Notes: a model not told the origin generated them from the letters alone. Positions 30,553 to 41,429 are shown, counted from the stretch's first letter. The stretch: DNA of 43,224 bases from Prasinococcaceae sp. CCMP 1430 (GCA_013416795.1 RQSC01000824.1:1-43224), one strand, 5' to 3'. Numbers and translations are program-made.

Positions 30553-33338
30553 TCAGCGCACGCGGCGCCGACTGGCGCGGGCGCTGCGCCGCCTGCTGGG
30601 CGTGCTGGCGCCCGAGGGCGCCGCCCTGAGCACCGCGGCGGCCTCGGCGTGCTTGTTCTGCTCGGCCAGCTCAAGCGCGGTCTTGCCATCCCCGTTTTGC
30701 GTGGACGCGTCGGCCCCAGCCTCGAGCAGCAGCTCGAGACAGGCCGTGTGCCCTATCTCCGCGGCGCAGTGCATGGGCGTCGCGCCATTTTCTGCAGCCC
30801 GGTCCTTGTCGGCGCCAGCCTCGAGCAGCAGCTTTGCGCAGTTGGCTTTGCCTGTATAGCCTCCATTGTCGGCAATGTTCTTGTCGGCACCTGCCTCGAG
30901 CAGCCACTCGAGGCAGACCGTGTACCCATCCTCCGCGGCGCCGTGCATGGGCGTATCGCCATTGTCTGCAGCCGGGTCCTCGTCGGCACCAGCCTCGAGC
31001 AGCAGCTCTGTGCAGTCGGCGCTGCCCTCACCCGCGGCGTCGTGCAACGGTGTATAGCCTTCATTGTCGGCAATGTCCTTGTCGGCACCTGCCTCGAGCA
31101 GCAGCGTGACGCAGGCAAGGTGGCCTTCGCCTGCGGCGAGATGCAAGGGCGCCGCGCCCTCGTTGTCGGCTCGATCCTTGTCGGCACCTGCTTCGAGCAA
31201 AAGTGTCAAGCAGTCAGCGTGGCCCGCGAGCGCGGCGTCATGCATCAGGGTCCTACCCATCTTGTTGGCTCGATCTTTGTCGGCACCTGCCTCGAGCAAA
31301 AGCCTCAAGCAGTCAGCGTGGCCGCCTTTCGCGGCGCAAAACAACGGCGTCAAAGAATCACCAGCAGCATAGTCCGCGTTGGCACCCGCCTTGAGCAGCA
31401 GCGCGACGCAGTCGGCTTTGCCGTATTGCGCGCAGGCTAGCAAGGGTGTGTATCCGTAGTTGTCAACCGAATCCTTGTCGGCACCCGCCTCGAGCAGCAA
31501 GGTGACGCAGGCGGCATTGCCTGATTCCACGGCGTGACACAAGGGCGTCCAGCCATTGACGTCAGTCGAATCCTTGTCGGCGCCCGCCTTGAGCAACAGG
31601 TTCACGCAGGCGGCACAGTCCGAACTCGCTGCGCAATGCAAGGGCGTATCGCCTCCTTCGCTATCAGCTACATCCTTGTCCGCGCCCGCCTTCAGCAATA
31701 GGTTCACGCAGTCGGAATGGCCAGCATTTGCGGCGCGATGCAAGGCAGTATTTCCAAGGTCGTCAGCCGAATCCTTGTCGGCACCTGCCTTGAGCAGCAG
31801 CGTGACGCAGACGGAATGGCCCCAGCAGGCGGCGACACTCAAGGGCTTCGCGCCATACGCGTCGGCTCGGTCCACGTCAGCTCCCGCCTCGAGCAACAGC
31901 TTCGAGCAGTCTGCCTGCCCACCGCGCGCGGCGTAGTGCAAGGGCGTCTTGCCTTCATTGTCGGCTTGGTTCATTCCGGCGCCCGCCTCGAGCACAAGCT
32001 TCAAGCAGTCCGCCGGCCCATACTGTGCTGCCAGATGTGCGGCCGTCCTACCTCGACCGAAATCTCTTGTGCTCGCATTGGCGGCGCGCTCAAGCGCCAG
32101 CCTGACGACCTCGCTGCTGCGCCATCCTGACACGTCGGCACCCGCACCTAGCAACATCATCATGCAGTGGGCGTTGTCCTTCTTTGCGGCGACATACAGG
32201 GGCGCGATGCCGTCGTTGTTGCCTTGGTGGATGTCAGCACCCGCCTCGATCAACAACTCCAAGCACTCCGCGTTGCCTCTGTCCACAGCATGATACGTGG
32301 GCGTACAGCCTTCAATGTCGACTCGGTCCTTGTCTGCACCCGCCTTGATCAAGAGCCTCAAGCAGTCGGCTTGCCCGCAGTACACGGCGACATCTAAGGG
32401 CGTCCAGCCATCGTTGTCGCCTTGGTTGATGTCAGCACCCGCCTCGATCAACACCTCCAGGCACTCCGCCTTGCCTATGATCGCAGCGTGATACGAGGGC
32501 GTACAGCCTCCGATGTCGACTCCATCCTTGTCTGCGCCCGCCTCGATTAAGAGCCGCAAGCAGTCGGCTTGCCCAAAGGCAACGGCGACATCTAAGGGCG
32601 TCCAGCCATTGCTGGCGACTGGCTCGATGTCGGCGCCCACGTCGAGCAAATGCTCCGCGCAGTAGTAGTGCCCGTCTTGCGCGGCGTTGTGCAATGGCGT
32701 CCAGCCCTCCTCGTCGCCTCGGTCCTTGTCTGCGCCCGCTGCGAGGAGCAAGAAGAGGCATTTCGCACACCCTTCGAGCGCTGCGGCACCCAGGGGCAGG
32801 CAGCCATGTTTTTCGACGCGCTCCGTGTCGGCGCCCGCGTCGAGCAACAGCTCGACGCAGTCGAAACGGCCGTTGGATGCTGCGACGCAGAGGGGCGTCT
32901 CGCCGACGTCGTCGAGTCTGTCCTTATCGGCGCCCGCCTCGAGCAGCAGCGTGACGACGTCGGCATGGCCTTCACGCGCGGCGTTGTGCAGTGCCGCCCA
33001 GCCGTAGAAGACCTGCGATCCCGCGGGCCATTTCAGCTCCGGTAAGAGCGTCTGGCAGCGGAGGATCCCGCGTGCATCTACCTCGGCGCCCTGCTCGAGC
33101 GCGAGCCTTGCGAGCAGTGCGTTGCCGTGATGGGCAGCCAGCCGCAGGAGGTGCTCAGAGTCAGTGCATGCGAGAAGCTCGCTGACGACGACGTCGACGG
33201 CGCCACGCGCCTCGTTCACTGCTGCGGCGTTCACCCCGAGCGCCTGCGTGGCGAGCAGGAGCGCCTGGCGAGCGCTCTCCGCCCTCGCGTCGCCCGCGCC
33301 GCCGCCGCCGCCGCCGCCGCCGCTGCAGTCGCTTCCGC

Positions 33339-33374
<36 letters not shown>

Positions 33375-33436
33375 AGAGTCAGACGATGCGGAGATGAGGG
33401 AGGTGGAGCGGCCTCTTCCCCCCGCGCGCGCTTCAT
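30553..33436 (-). CDS. Ankyrin-repeat protein A2 (about 23 repeats plus cap); family ATG at 33436 is one base out of frame across a 31-G tract
   Basis: 893-aa ORF 33234-30553. MKRARG start at 33436; distance to the ORF start is 202 nt (not a multiple of 3), with G31 at 33343-33373 in between. Confidence 0.85.
33343..33373. repeat. G31 homopolymer in the 5' coding region of A2
   Basis: Counted from the sequence. Confidence 0.9.
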
Positions 33437-33843
33437 GGCCGCGGGTGCGCGAGCGGGCGCACGGGCGGGCGGGCGAGGAAGGGGGAGGGGGGGAGGGGGG
33501 TGGGGGGGTAGGCGGCGGGGCCTGCGATTCTCAGGCAAGGCACGCAGTGTGGCGCCCCGCGCAGCGCAGCGCAGCGAGATTCTCCTGTTGAGCCTGCTGT
33601 CTGTCTAACGTGCGCATCCGAACGTCGAAGACGTGATGCGCGCGCGCGCGCGTGCGTGCGTGCACATCTGTGGACATGTATGTCTGCGCGCGCGTGCGCG
33701 CGTGCGCTCGTGCAGGCTCGTGTGCGTGTGCGTGCAAGTGTGCGTGTGCGTCTGTGTCTGTACGTGGCGTGTGCGCATGTTCGTGCACGAGAAAAGTGCG
33801 TGCTCGTGCGCGTGTGAATAAGAATGTATGATACGACGTGTGA

Positions 33844-34034
33844 TCAGGGCATGCTGCGCCGCCTGTTGGGCGTGCTGGCGCCCGAGAGCGCTGCCCTGAG
33901 CATCGCGGCGGCCTCTGCGTACTCGTACTGCTCGGCCACGTCAAGCGCGGTCTTTCCATCTCTAGTTCGCGCATCGCGTCCGCCCCAGCCTCGAGCAGCA
34001 GCTGGAGACAGTCAGCGTGCCCTCTCTCCGCAGT
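33844..34034 (-). pseudogene. Second orphan 3' ankyrin fragment behind the A3 stop, frameshifted
   Basis: Same junction (tga catactggactgcggagagagggcacgc) as 30332-30544, with a 1-nt deletion near 33973 and a shortened tail. Confidence 0.75.
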
Positions 34035-34042
34035 CCAGTATG

Positions 34043-35389
34043 TCAGCGCACGCGGCGCCGACTGGCGCGGGCGCTGCGCCGCCTGTTGGGCGTGCTTCCG
34101 CCCGAGAGCGCCGCCCTGAGCATCGCGGCGGCCTCGGCGTGCTCATAGTGCTCGGCCAGGTCAAGCGCGGTCTTGCCATCCCTGTTTCGCGCGGACCCGT
34201 CCGCCCCAGCCTCGAGCAGCAGCTCGAGGCAGGCCGTGTGCCCTTTCTCCGCGGCGCTGTGCAAGGGCGTCTCGCCATTGTCTTCAGCCCGGTCCTTGTC
34301 GGCGCCCGCGCTGAGCAACAGCTCTGTGAAGTCGGCGTTGCCCTTGTTCGCGGCGCAGTGCAACGGTGTATAGCCTTCATTAGCAGCAATGTCCTTGTCG
34401 GCACCTGCCTCGAGCAGCAGCTTCAAGCAATCAGCGTTCCCATCCATTGCCGCGCAATGCAAGGGCGCCAAGCCCGTGTTGTTCGCGCGGTTCTTGTCGG
34501 CACCTGCTTCGAGCAAAAGCTTCAAGCAATCAGCGTTCCGATTGATTGCCGCGCCATGCAAGGGCGCCAAGCCCCTGTCGTTCACGCGGTCCTTCTCGGC
34601 ACCTGCCTCGAGCAAAAGCTTCAAGCAATCAGCGTTCCCATTGATTACCGCGCAATGCAAGGGCGCAGAGCCCTGGTTGGTCGCGCGGTCCTTGTCGGCA
34701 CCTGCCTCGAGCAAAAGCTTCAAGCAGTCAGCGTTGCCTGTCATTGCCGCGCGATGCAAGGGGGCGAAGCCCCCGTAGTTGGCAATGTCCTTGTCGGCAC
34801 CCGCCTCGAGCAGAAGCTTCAAGCAGCCTTCTGCGCCGTACGCGGCACAATATAAGGGCGTCTGGCCATTCTTGTCAGCTCGGTCCTTGTCGGCGCCCGC
34901 CGCGAGCAATAGCCTCAAGCAGTCTTCTGCGCCTCTGTACGCGGCGCGATGCAAGGGCGTCTCGCCGTCCTCGTCGGCTCTGTCCTTGTCGGCGCCCGCC
35001 TCGAGCAACAGCTTTGCAGAATCAGCACAACCACTGTCCGCAGCATGAATCAAGGGCGTCCACCCAGACAAGCTCGCGGTGGCGTTAACGTCGACGCCGT
35101 GCTCCAGCGCCAGCCTGACGACCTCGGTGCTTCTCGCCCCCAGTGCCAAAATGTCGTCGGCGGTGAATCGCTCACCATCCTCGGTGTGGGCGTATTCGAG
35201 GAGCATGTCGAAGAGGACGTCGACGGCATCATGCGCCTCGTTCACTTCGGCGACGTTCACCCCGAGCGCCTGCGTGGCGAGCAGCACCGCCTGGCGAGCG
35301 CTCTCCGCCCTCGCGTCGCCCGCGCCGCCGCTTCCGCCGCCGCCGGCTCCGCGGGCGTCGAGCGCGCCTTGCGCGGCACCTCCTCCCAT
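34043..35389 (-). CDS. Ankyrin-repeat protein A3 (about 448 aa, 9 repeats plus cap)
   Basis: Intronless ORF, ATG at 35389 (MGGGAAQG), Arg-rich C-terminal tail. Confidence 0.88.
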   Translation of the reverse strand: MGGGAAQGALDARGAGGGGSGGAGDARAESARQAVLLATQALGVNVAEVNEAHDAVDVLFDMLLEYAHTEDGERFTADDILALGARSTEVVRLALEHGVDVNATASLSGWTPLIHAADSGCADSAKLLLEAGADKDRADEDGETPLHRAAYRGAEDCLRLLLAAGADKDRADKNGQTPLYCAAYGAEGCLKLLLEAGADKDIANYGGFAPLHRAAMTGNADCLKLLLEAGADKDRATNQGSAPLHCAVINGNADCLKLLLEAGAEKDRVNDRGLAPLHGAAINRNADCLKLLLEAGADKNRANNTGLAPLHCAAMDGNADCLKLLLEAGADKDIAANEGYTPLHCAANKGNADFTELLLSAGADKDRAEDNGETPLHSAAEKGHTACLELLLEAGADGSARNRDGKTALDLAEHYEHAEAAAMLRAALSGGSTPNRRRSARASRRRVR

Positions 35390-35613
35390 CGCCGCGTGTC
35401 GGGGACGCGCACGCGCGACCGCAACCACAAGCACAAGGACGTGCGCGCGTGCGCGCTTGCGCGCGGGCGAGGGAGAGGGCGGCAGGGATCCTCACGCCGC
35501 GCACGCGCTGTGGCGCCTCCCCCCCCCCCCTGACCCACCCACACAGGCCGCGCCCTGGCAGCGCCCACGCTATTGAACACAGCGAACCCAAAGCAATCAC
35601 AAATTACAGTACG

Positions 35614-37652
35614 TCAGCGAATGCGCCGCGGACTGGCGCGGGCGCTGCGCCGCCTGTTGGGCGCGCTGACGCCCGAGAGCGCCGCCCTGAGCACCGCGGC
35701 GGCCTCGGCGTGCTCATAATGCTCGGCCAGCTCAAGCGCGGTCTTGCCATCCCTATTTCGCGCGGTCGCGTCCGCCCCCGCCTCGAGCAGCAGCTCGAGG
35801 CAGGCCGTGTGCCCTTTCTCCGCGGCGCTGTGCAAGGGCGTCGCGCCATTGTCTGCAGCCCGGTCCTTGTCGGCGCCAGCCTCGAGCAGCAGCTTTATGC
35901 AGTCGGCGCTGCCCTCGTTCGCGGCGCAGTGCAAAAGTGTGTAGCCTCTACTGTCGGCAATGTCCTTGTCGGCGCCTGCCTCGAGCAGCAGCGTGACGCA
36001 GCCGAGTTGGCCAGATTCTGCGGCGTGACGCAAAGGCGTCTCGCCGAAATCGTCGGCTCGATCCTTGTCGGCACCTGCTTCGAGCAAAAGCTTCAAGCAG
36101 TCAGCGTCCCCTCGGCTTGCAGCGAGATGCAACGGCGCCAAGCCCTCGTTGTTCACGCGGTCCATGTCCGCCCCAGCCCCGAGAAGCAGCTCGAGGCAGG
36201 CCGTCTGCGTGTAATCTCTCAACCCGGCGCAGTGCACTGTCTGCACGATGGAGTGCATTGGCGTCGAGCCGTTCTTGTCGGCCAGGTCCTTGTCGGCGCC
36301 CGCTTCCAGCAGCAGCTTTATGCACTCGTCTTCGCCCGCGTTCGCGGCATAGTGTAAGGGCACCTCACCACTATTGGTGGGCCGGTTCTTGTCGGCACCC
36401 GCCTCGAGCAAAAGCTTCACGCAGCCAGCTTGCCCTCGCCATGCCGCGGAATGCAAGGGCGTGTAGCCTTTGTCGGTCACGCGATCCGTGTCGGCACCTG
36501 CCTGGAGCAAAAGCTTCATGCAGTCAGCGTTGCCCCTACTTGCCGTGCAATGTAAGGGCGTCCGGCCACCGTTGCTGGCTCGGTCCTTGTCGGCGCCCGC
36601 CTCGAGCAAAAGTTCCAAGCAGTCCTCTGCGCCTCCGGTCGCGGCACGATGCAAGGGCGTCCCGCCGCCCTCGTCGGCTCGGTCCTTGTCGGCGCCCGCC
36701 TCGAGCAAAAGCCTCAAGCAGTCGAAATGACCTTTGAACGCGGCATAGTGCAAGGGCGTCATTCCTTCGTCGTCGGCTCGGTCCTTGTCGGCGCCCGCCT
36801 CGAGCAACAGCTTTGCAGAGTCAGCGTAACCGTCAAGTGCAGCAGCATGCAAGTGCGCACGGTTCCGGTTGGACCAGGTTGAAGTGCCATTCGGGTCGGC
36901 GCCGCGCTCCAGCGCCAGCCTGACGACCTCGGTGCTGCTCATTCCCACATACAAAACGTCGTCGGCGGTGAATGGCTCACCATTGATGGTGTTAGCGTGG
37001 TGGAACAGCGTGCGGAAGACGACGTGGACGGCATCGCGCGCCTCGTCCAATGCAAAGCGCGCCTTGTTCGCTGCGGCGGCGTTCACCCCGAGCGCCTGCG
37101 TGGCCAGCAGCAGCGCCTGGCGAGCGCTCTCCGCCCTCGCATCGCCCACGCCGCCGCCGCCGCCGCCGCCGCCGCTTCTGCGGGCGTCGAGGGCGCCGAG
37201 CGCGGCCTCTCCCCCCTCCGCGCGCTCCTCAAAACCAGACCAGCCCGCAGCGCCCTGCGGATTGGCGCCGCGCTTCAGCGCTAGGCTGACGATCTCGCTG
37301 CTGTTGCCGTCCATGCCCAGTAGCAACATGTCGTCGGCGGTGAACCGTGTACCATCCGCGGAGCGAGCGTCGAGTAGCACGTCGCCGAGGAGGCCGGCGG
37401 CATAGCGCACTTCGTCCAATGCTACGCGCGCCTTTTTTACCTCGGCGGCATTCACGCCGAGCGTCTGCGTGGCCAGCAGCAGGGCCTGGCGAGTGCTCTC
37501 CGCCCTCGCGTCGCCTGCGCCGCCGCTTCCGCCACCGCCGCTTCCGCTTCCGCCGGCGTCGAGCGCGCCGCGCGCGGCACCTCCGCCGCGTAGACACGCT
37601 CGAGGACTACGAGCGCGCCGCGCGCGGCACCTCCGCCGCGCGCGCGCTTCAT
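35614..37652 (-). CDS. Ankyrin-repeat protein A4 (doubled N-module, 11 repeats plus cap); in frame with its MKRARG ATG only if 37581-37630 is removed
   Basis: Long ORF to 35614; ATG at 37652; a 50-nt tandem-duplication insert bounded by GT..AG. Confidence 0.85.
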
Positions 37653-38112
37653 GGCCGCGGGTGCGCGAGCAGGCGGTCGGGCGGGCGGGCGAGGAAGGCG
37701 GGTGGGAGTGGGGGGCGGGGCCTGCGACTCTCAGGCACCGCACGCAGTGTGGCGCCTCGCGCAGCGCAGCGCAGCGCAGCGCAGCGCTCGCACGGCGACA
37801 GCACATTCACTGATGCAGTACATGTGTGCGCGCCTCGCTCGCATGCGCGCGGCACCGAACCCGCACCTGCGCACGCCGCACGCATGCGAGAGAGGGAGAG
37901 GGCACGCGCAGACGTGTGCTCGGGCGTGTGCGCATACAGAACGTGTTGTGCATGCACCCTCTCGGGCGCATGCGCGCGCGCGTGTGTGTGTGCGTGCGCG
38001 CGCGTATGTGCTGCAGCGTGTGCGTGTGTGTGTGTGTCTGCACATGGTGTGGTGTGCGTGTATGTACGTGCGAACAGGTGCGTAACGTGAAGAGTGGATC
38101 AGAAAAAAGTGA

Positions 38113-39468
38113 TCAGCGGGCACGCCGCCGGCCAGCGCTCGTGCTGCACCGCCTGCTGGGCGTGCTTCCGCCCGAGAGCACCGCCCTGAGCACCGCGGCG
38201 GCCTCGGCGTGCTTGTTCTCCTCGGCAAGCTCAAGCGCGGTCTTGTCATCTTCGTTTTGCGTGGACGCGTCGGCCCCAGCCTCGAGCAGCAGCTGGAGGC
38301 AGGCCGTGTACCCATTCTCCACGGCGCTGTGCAAGGGCGTCTCGCCATTGTCTGCAGCCCAGTCCTTGTTGGCGCCCGCCCTAAGCAGCAGCTCTGTGCA
38401 GTCGGCGTTGCCCTCACCAGCGGCGTCGTGCAGTGGTGTATAGCCTTCATTGTCGGCAATGTCCTTGTCGGCACCTGCCTCGAGCAGCAGCGTGACGCAG
38501 GCGGAGTCGGCGTGCTGTGCGGCGTAATGCAAGGGCGCAGAGCCCTCGTTGGTCGCGCGGTCCTTGTCGGCGCCCGCCTCGAGCAAAAGCTTCAAGCTGT
38601 CAGCGTTGCCCACGCTTGCCGCGCAATGCATGGGCGCGAGGCCCTTGTTGGTCGCGCGGTCCTTGTCGGCGCCTGCCTCGAGCAAAAGCTTCACGCAGTC
38701 AGCGTGGCCTTCGGTTGCCGCGCAATGCAACGGCGCCGCGCCCTCGTTGTTGGCTCGATCCTTGTCGGCACCTGCCTCGAGCAAAAGCTTCAAGCAGTCA
38801 GCGTTGTTTTCGTTTGCCGCGAAATGCAAGGGCGCGTAGCCCTCGTCTTTCTTGCGGTCCTTGTCGGCACCTGCCTCGAGCAAAAGCTTCAAGCAGTCAG
38901 CGTTGCCCTTGCTTGCCGCGCAATGTAAGGACGTCCGGCCGTTGTTGTCGGCTCGGTCCTTATCGGCTCCCGCCTCGAGCAAAAGCTTCAAGCAGTCAGC
39001 GTGGCCTTTGAACGCGGCATAATACAAGGGCGTCGTTCCCTCGTCATCGGCTCGGTCCTTGTCGGCGCCCGCCTCGAGCAACAGCTTTGCAGAATTAGCA
39101 TAACCGCCGGCAGCCGCATGAATCAAGGGCGTCCACCCAGACGAGCTCGCGGTGGCGTTAATGTCGGCGCCGCGCTCCAGCGCCAGCCTGACGACCTCGG
39201 TGCTTCTCGCCCCCAGTGCCAAAATGTCGTCGGCGGTGAATCGCTCACCATCCTCGGTGCGGGCGTTTTCGAGCAGCATGTCGAAGAGGACTTCGACGGC
39301 ATCAAACGCCTCGTTTACTTCGGCGGCGTTCACCCCGAGCGCCTGCGTGGCGAGCAGCAGGGCCTGGCGAGCGCCCTCCGCAGCTGCGTCGCATGCGCCG
39401 CCGCCGCCGCCGCAAGGCGCCCGCAGCTCGCGCGGCGCGCGCGCACCTCCCCCCCGCGCGCGCTTCAT
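38113..39468 (-). CDS. Ankyrin-repeat protein A5 (451 aa, 9 repeats plus cap)
   Basis: Intact intronless ORF MKRARGG...RRRAR*. Confidence 0.92.
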   Translation of the reverse strand: MKRARGGGARAPRELRAPCGGGGGACDAAAEGARQALLLATQALGVNAAEVNEAFDAVEVLFDMLLENARTEDGERFTADDILALGARSTEVVRLALERGADINATASSSGWTPLIHAAAGGYANSAKLLLEAGADKDRADDEGTTPLYYAAFKGHADCLKLLLEAGADKDRADNNGRTSLHCAASKGNADCLKLLLEAGADKDRKKDEGYAPLHFAANENNADCLKLLLEAGADKDRANNEGAAPLHCAATEGHADCVKLLLEAGADKDRATNKGLAPMHCAASVGNADSLKLLLEAGADKDRATNEGSAPLHYAAQHADSACVTLLLEAGADKDIADNEGYTPLHDAAGEGNADCTELLLRAGANKDWAADNGETPLHSAVENGYTACLQLLLEAGADASTQNEDDKTALELAEENKHAEAAAVLRAVLSGGSTPSRRCSTSAGRRRAR

Positions 39469-39935
39469 GGCCGCGGGCGCACGAGCAGGCGGTCGGGCGG
39501 GCGGGCGAGGAAGGTGGGTGGGTGGGTGTGTGGGGATGGGGTGCGGAGCCTGCGACTCTCAGGCACCGCACGCAGTGTGATACCCCACGCAGCGCAGCGC
39601 AGCGCAATTCTGCGCTCGCACGGCGACAGCACATTCTTTGATACATGCGTGCGCGCCTCGCTCGCGTGCGCGCGGCACCGAACCTGCACCTGCGCACGCC
39701 GCACGCCGCACGCACGCGAGAGAGGGAGAGGGCACGCGCAGACGTGTGCTCGGGCGTGTGCGCATACGGAACGTGTTACACATGCACCCTCTCGGGCGCG
39801 TGCATGCGCACGCGCGTGTGTGCGCGCGCGCGCGTGTGTGCTGCAGCGTGTGCGTGTGTGTGTGTCTGTACGTGGTGTGCGTGTATGTACGTGCGAACAG
39901 GTGCATAACGTGAAGAGTGGATCAGGCATAAGTGT

Positions 39936-41429
39936 TCAGCGGGCACGCTGCCGGCGAGCCCTCGTGCTGCGCCGCCTGTTGGGCGCGCTGGCGCCCGAGA
40001 GCGCCCCCCTGAGCACCGCGGCGGCCTCGGCGTGCTTGTTCTCCTCGGCAAGCTCAAGCGCGGTCTTGCCATCTTCGTTTTGCGTGGACGCGTCGGCCCC
40101 AGCCTCGAGCAGCAGCTCAAGGCTGGCTATTCGACCTCTCACCCAGTGCACTGTCTCCACGATGGAGTGCAAGGGCGTTGAGCCGTTGTTGTCGGCTCGG
40201 TCCTTGTCGGCGCCCGCCTCCAGTAGCAGCTTTATGCAGTCGGCTTTGCCCCTCCCCATCTTCGCGGCATAGTGTAAGGGCACCTCACCGCTATTGGTGG
40301 GCCGGTCCTTGTCGGCACCTGCTTCGAGCAATAGCTTCAAGCAGTTTCTTGCGCCTCCGTACGCGGCACGATGTAAGGGCGTCAGGCCATATTTGTCGGC
40401 TCGGTCCTTGTCGGCACCTGCTTCGAGCAATAGCTTCAAGCAGTCTTCTGCGCCTCCGTACGCGGCACGATGTAAGGGCGTCCGGCCATTGTTGTCGGCT
40501 CGGTCCTTGTCGGCACCTGCCTCGAGCAGCAGCGTGACGCAGGCGGGGTGGCCGCCTGCGCAGGCGGGGTGGCCGCCGTCGCACGCAGCATAGTGCAAGG
40601 GTGTCTCGCCGTCCTCGTCGGCTCGGTCCTTGTCGGCGCCCGCCTCGAGCAACAGCTTTGCAGCATCAGCATAACCGTCGGCTGCAGCACTATGCAAGGG
40701 CGTCCACCCAGACGAGCTCGCGGTGGCGTTAATGTCGGCGCCGCGCTCCAGCGCCAGCCTGACGACCTCGGTGCTGCTCGCCCCCAGAGCCAAAATCTCG
40801 TTGGCGGTGAATCGCTCACCATCCTCGGTGCGAGCGCGTTTGAGCAGCACATCGAAGAGGACGTCGACGGCATCGCTCGCCTCTTCCAATGCAGCGCGCG
40901 TCCTGTTCAATGCGGCGGCGTTCACCCCGAGCGCCTGCGTGGCGAGCAGCAGCGCCTGGCGAGCGCTCTTCGCCCTCGCGTCACCCGCGCCGCCGCTTCC
41001 GCCGCCGCCGCTTCCGCTTCCGCCGGCGCCGAGCGCGCCTTGCGCGGCCTCTCCCCCCCCCGCGCGCTCCTCAAAACCAGACCAGCCCGCAGCGCCCTGC
41101 GGATTGGCGCCGCGCTTCAGCGCTAGGCTGACGATCTGGCTGCTGTTGCCGTCCATGCCCAGTGCCAAAATGTCGTCGGCGGTGAATCGCTCACCATCCT
41201 CGGTGCGGGCGTATTCGAGCATAATGTCGAAGAGGAGGCCGGCGGCATAGCGCGCCTCGTCCAGTGCAATGTGCGCCTCGTTCACTTCGGCGGCGTTCAC
41301 CCCGAGCGCCTGCGTGGCGAGCAGCAGCGCCCGGCGAGCGCTCTCCGCCCTCGCGTCGCCCGCGCCGCCGCTTCCGCCGCCGCCGGCTCCGCGGGCGTCG
41401 AGCGCGCCTTGCGCGGCACCTCCTCCCAT
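39936..41429 (-). CDS. Ankyrin-repeat protein A6 (about 497 aa, doubled N-module, 6 repeats plus cap)
   Basis: Intronless ORF, ATG at 41429 (MGGGAAQG). Confidence 0.88.
   Translation of the reverse strand: MGGGAAQGALDARGAGGGGSGGAGDARAESARRALLLATQALGVNAAEVNEAHIALDEARYAAGLLFDIMLEYARTEDGERFTADDILALGMDGNSSQIVSLALKRGANPQGAAGWSGFEERAGGGEAAQGALGAGGSGSGGGGSGGAGDARAKSARQALLLATQALGVNAAALNRTRAALEEASDAVDVLFDVLLKRARTEDGERFTANEILALGASSTEVVRLALERGADINATASSSGWTPLHSAAADGYADAAKLLLEAGADKDRADEDGETPLHYAACDGGHPACAGGHPACVTLLLEAGADKDRADNNGRTPLHRAAYGGAEDCLKLLLEAGADKDRADKYGLTPLHRAAYGGARNCLKLLLEAGADKDRPTNSGEVPLHYAAKMGRGKADCIKLLLEAGADKDRADNNGSTPLHSIVETVHWVRGRIASLELLLEAGADASTQNEDGKTALELAEENKHAEAAAVLRGALSGASAPNRRRSTRARRQRAR

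Noticed and set aside
30545-30555. Stop-codon readthrough from A2 into the orphan cap
   Set aside because: The fragment is one base out of frame with A2
30553-40700. Regularly spaced conserved repeats with variable spacers resembling a CRISPR array
   Set aside because: The 99-nt period is in frame and encodes ankyrin repeats; eukaryotic context and no cas genes
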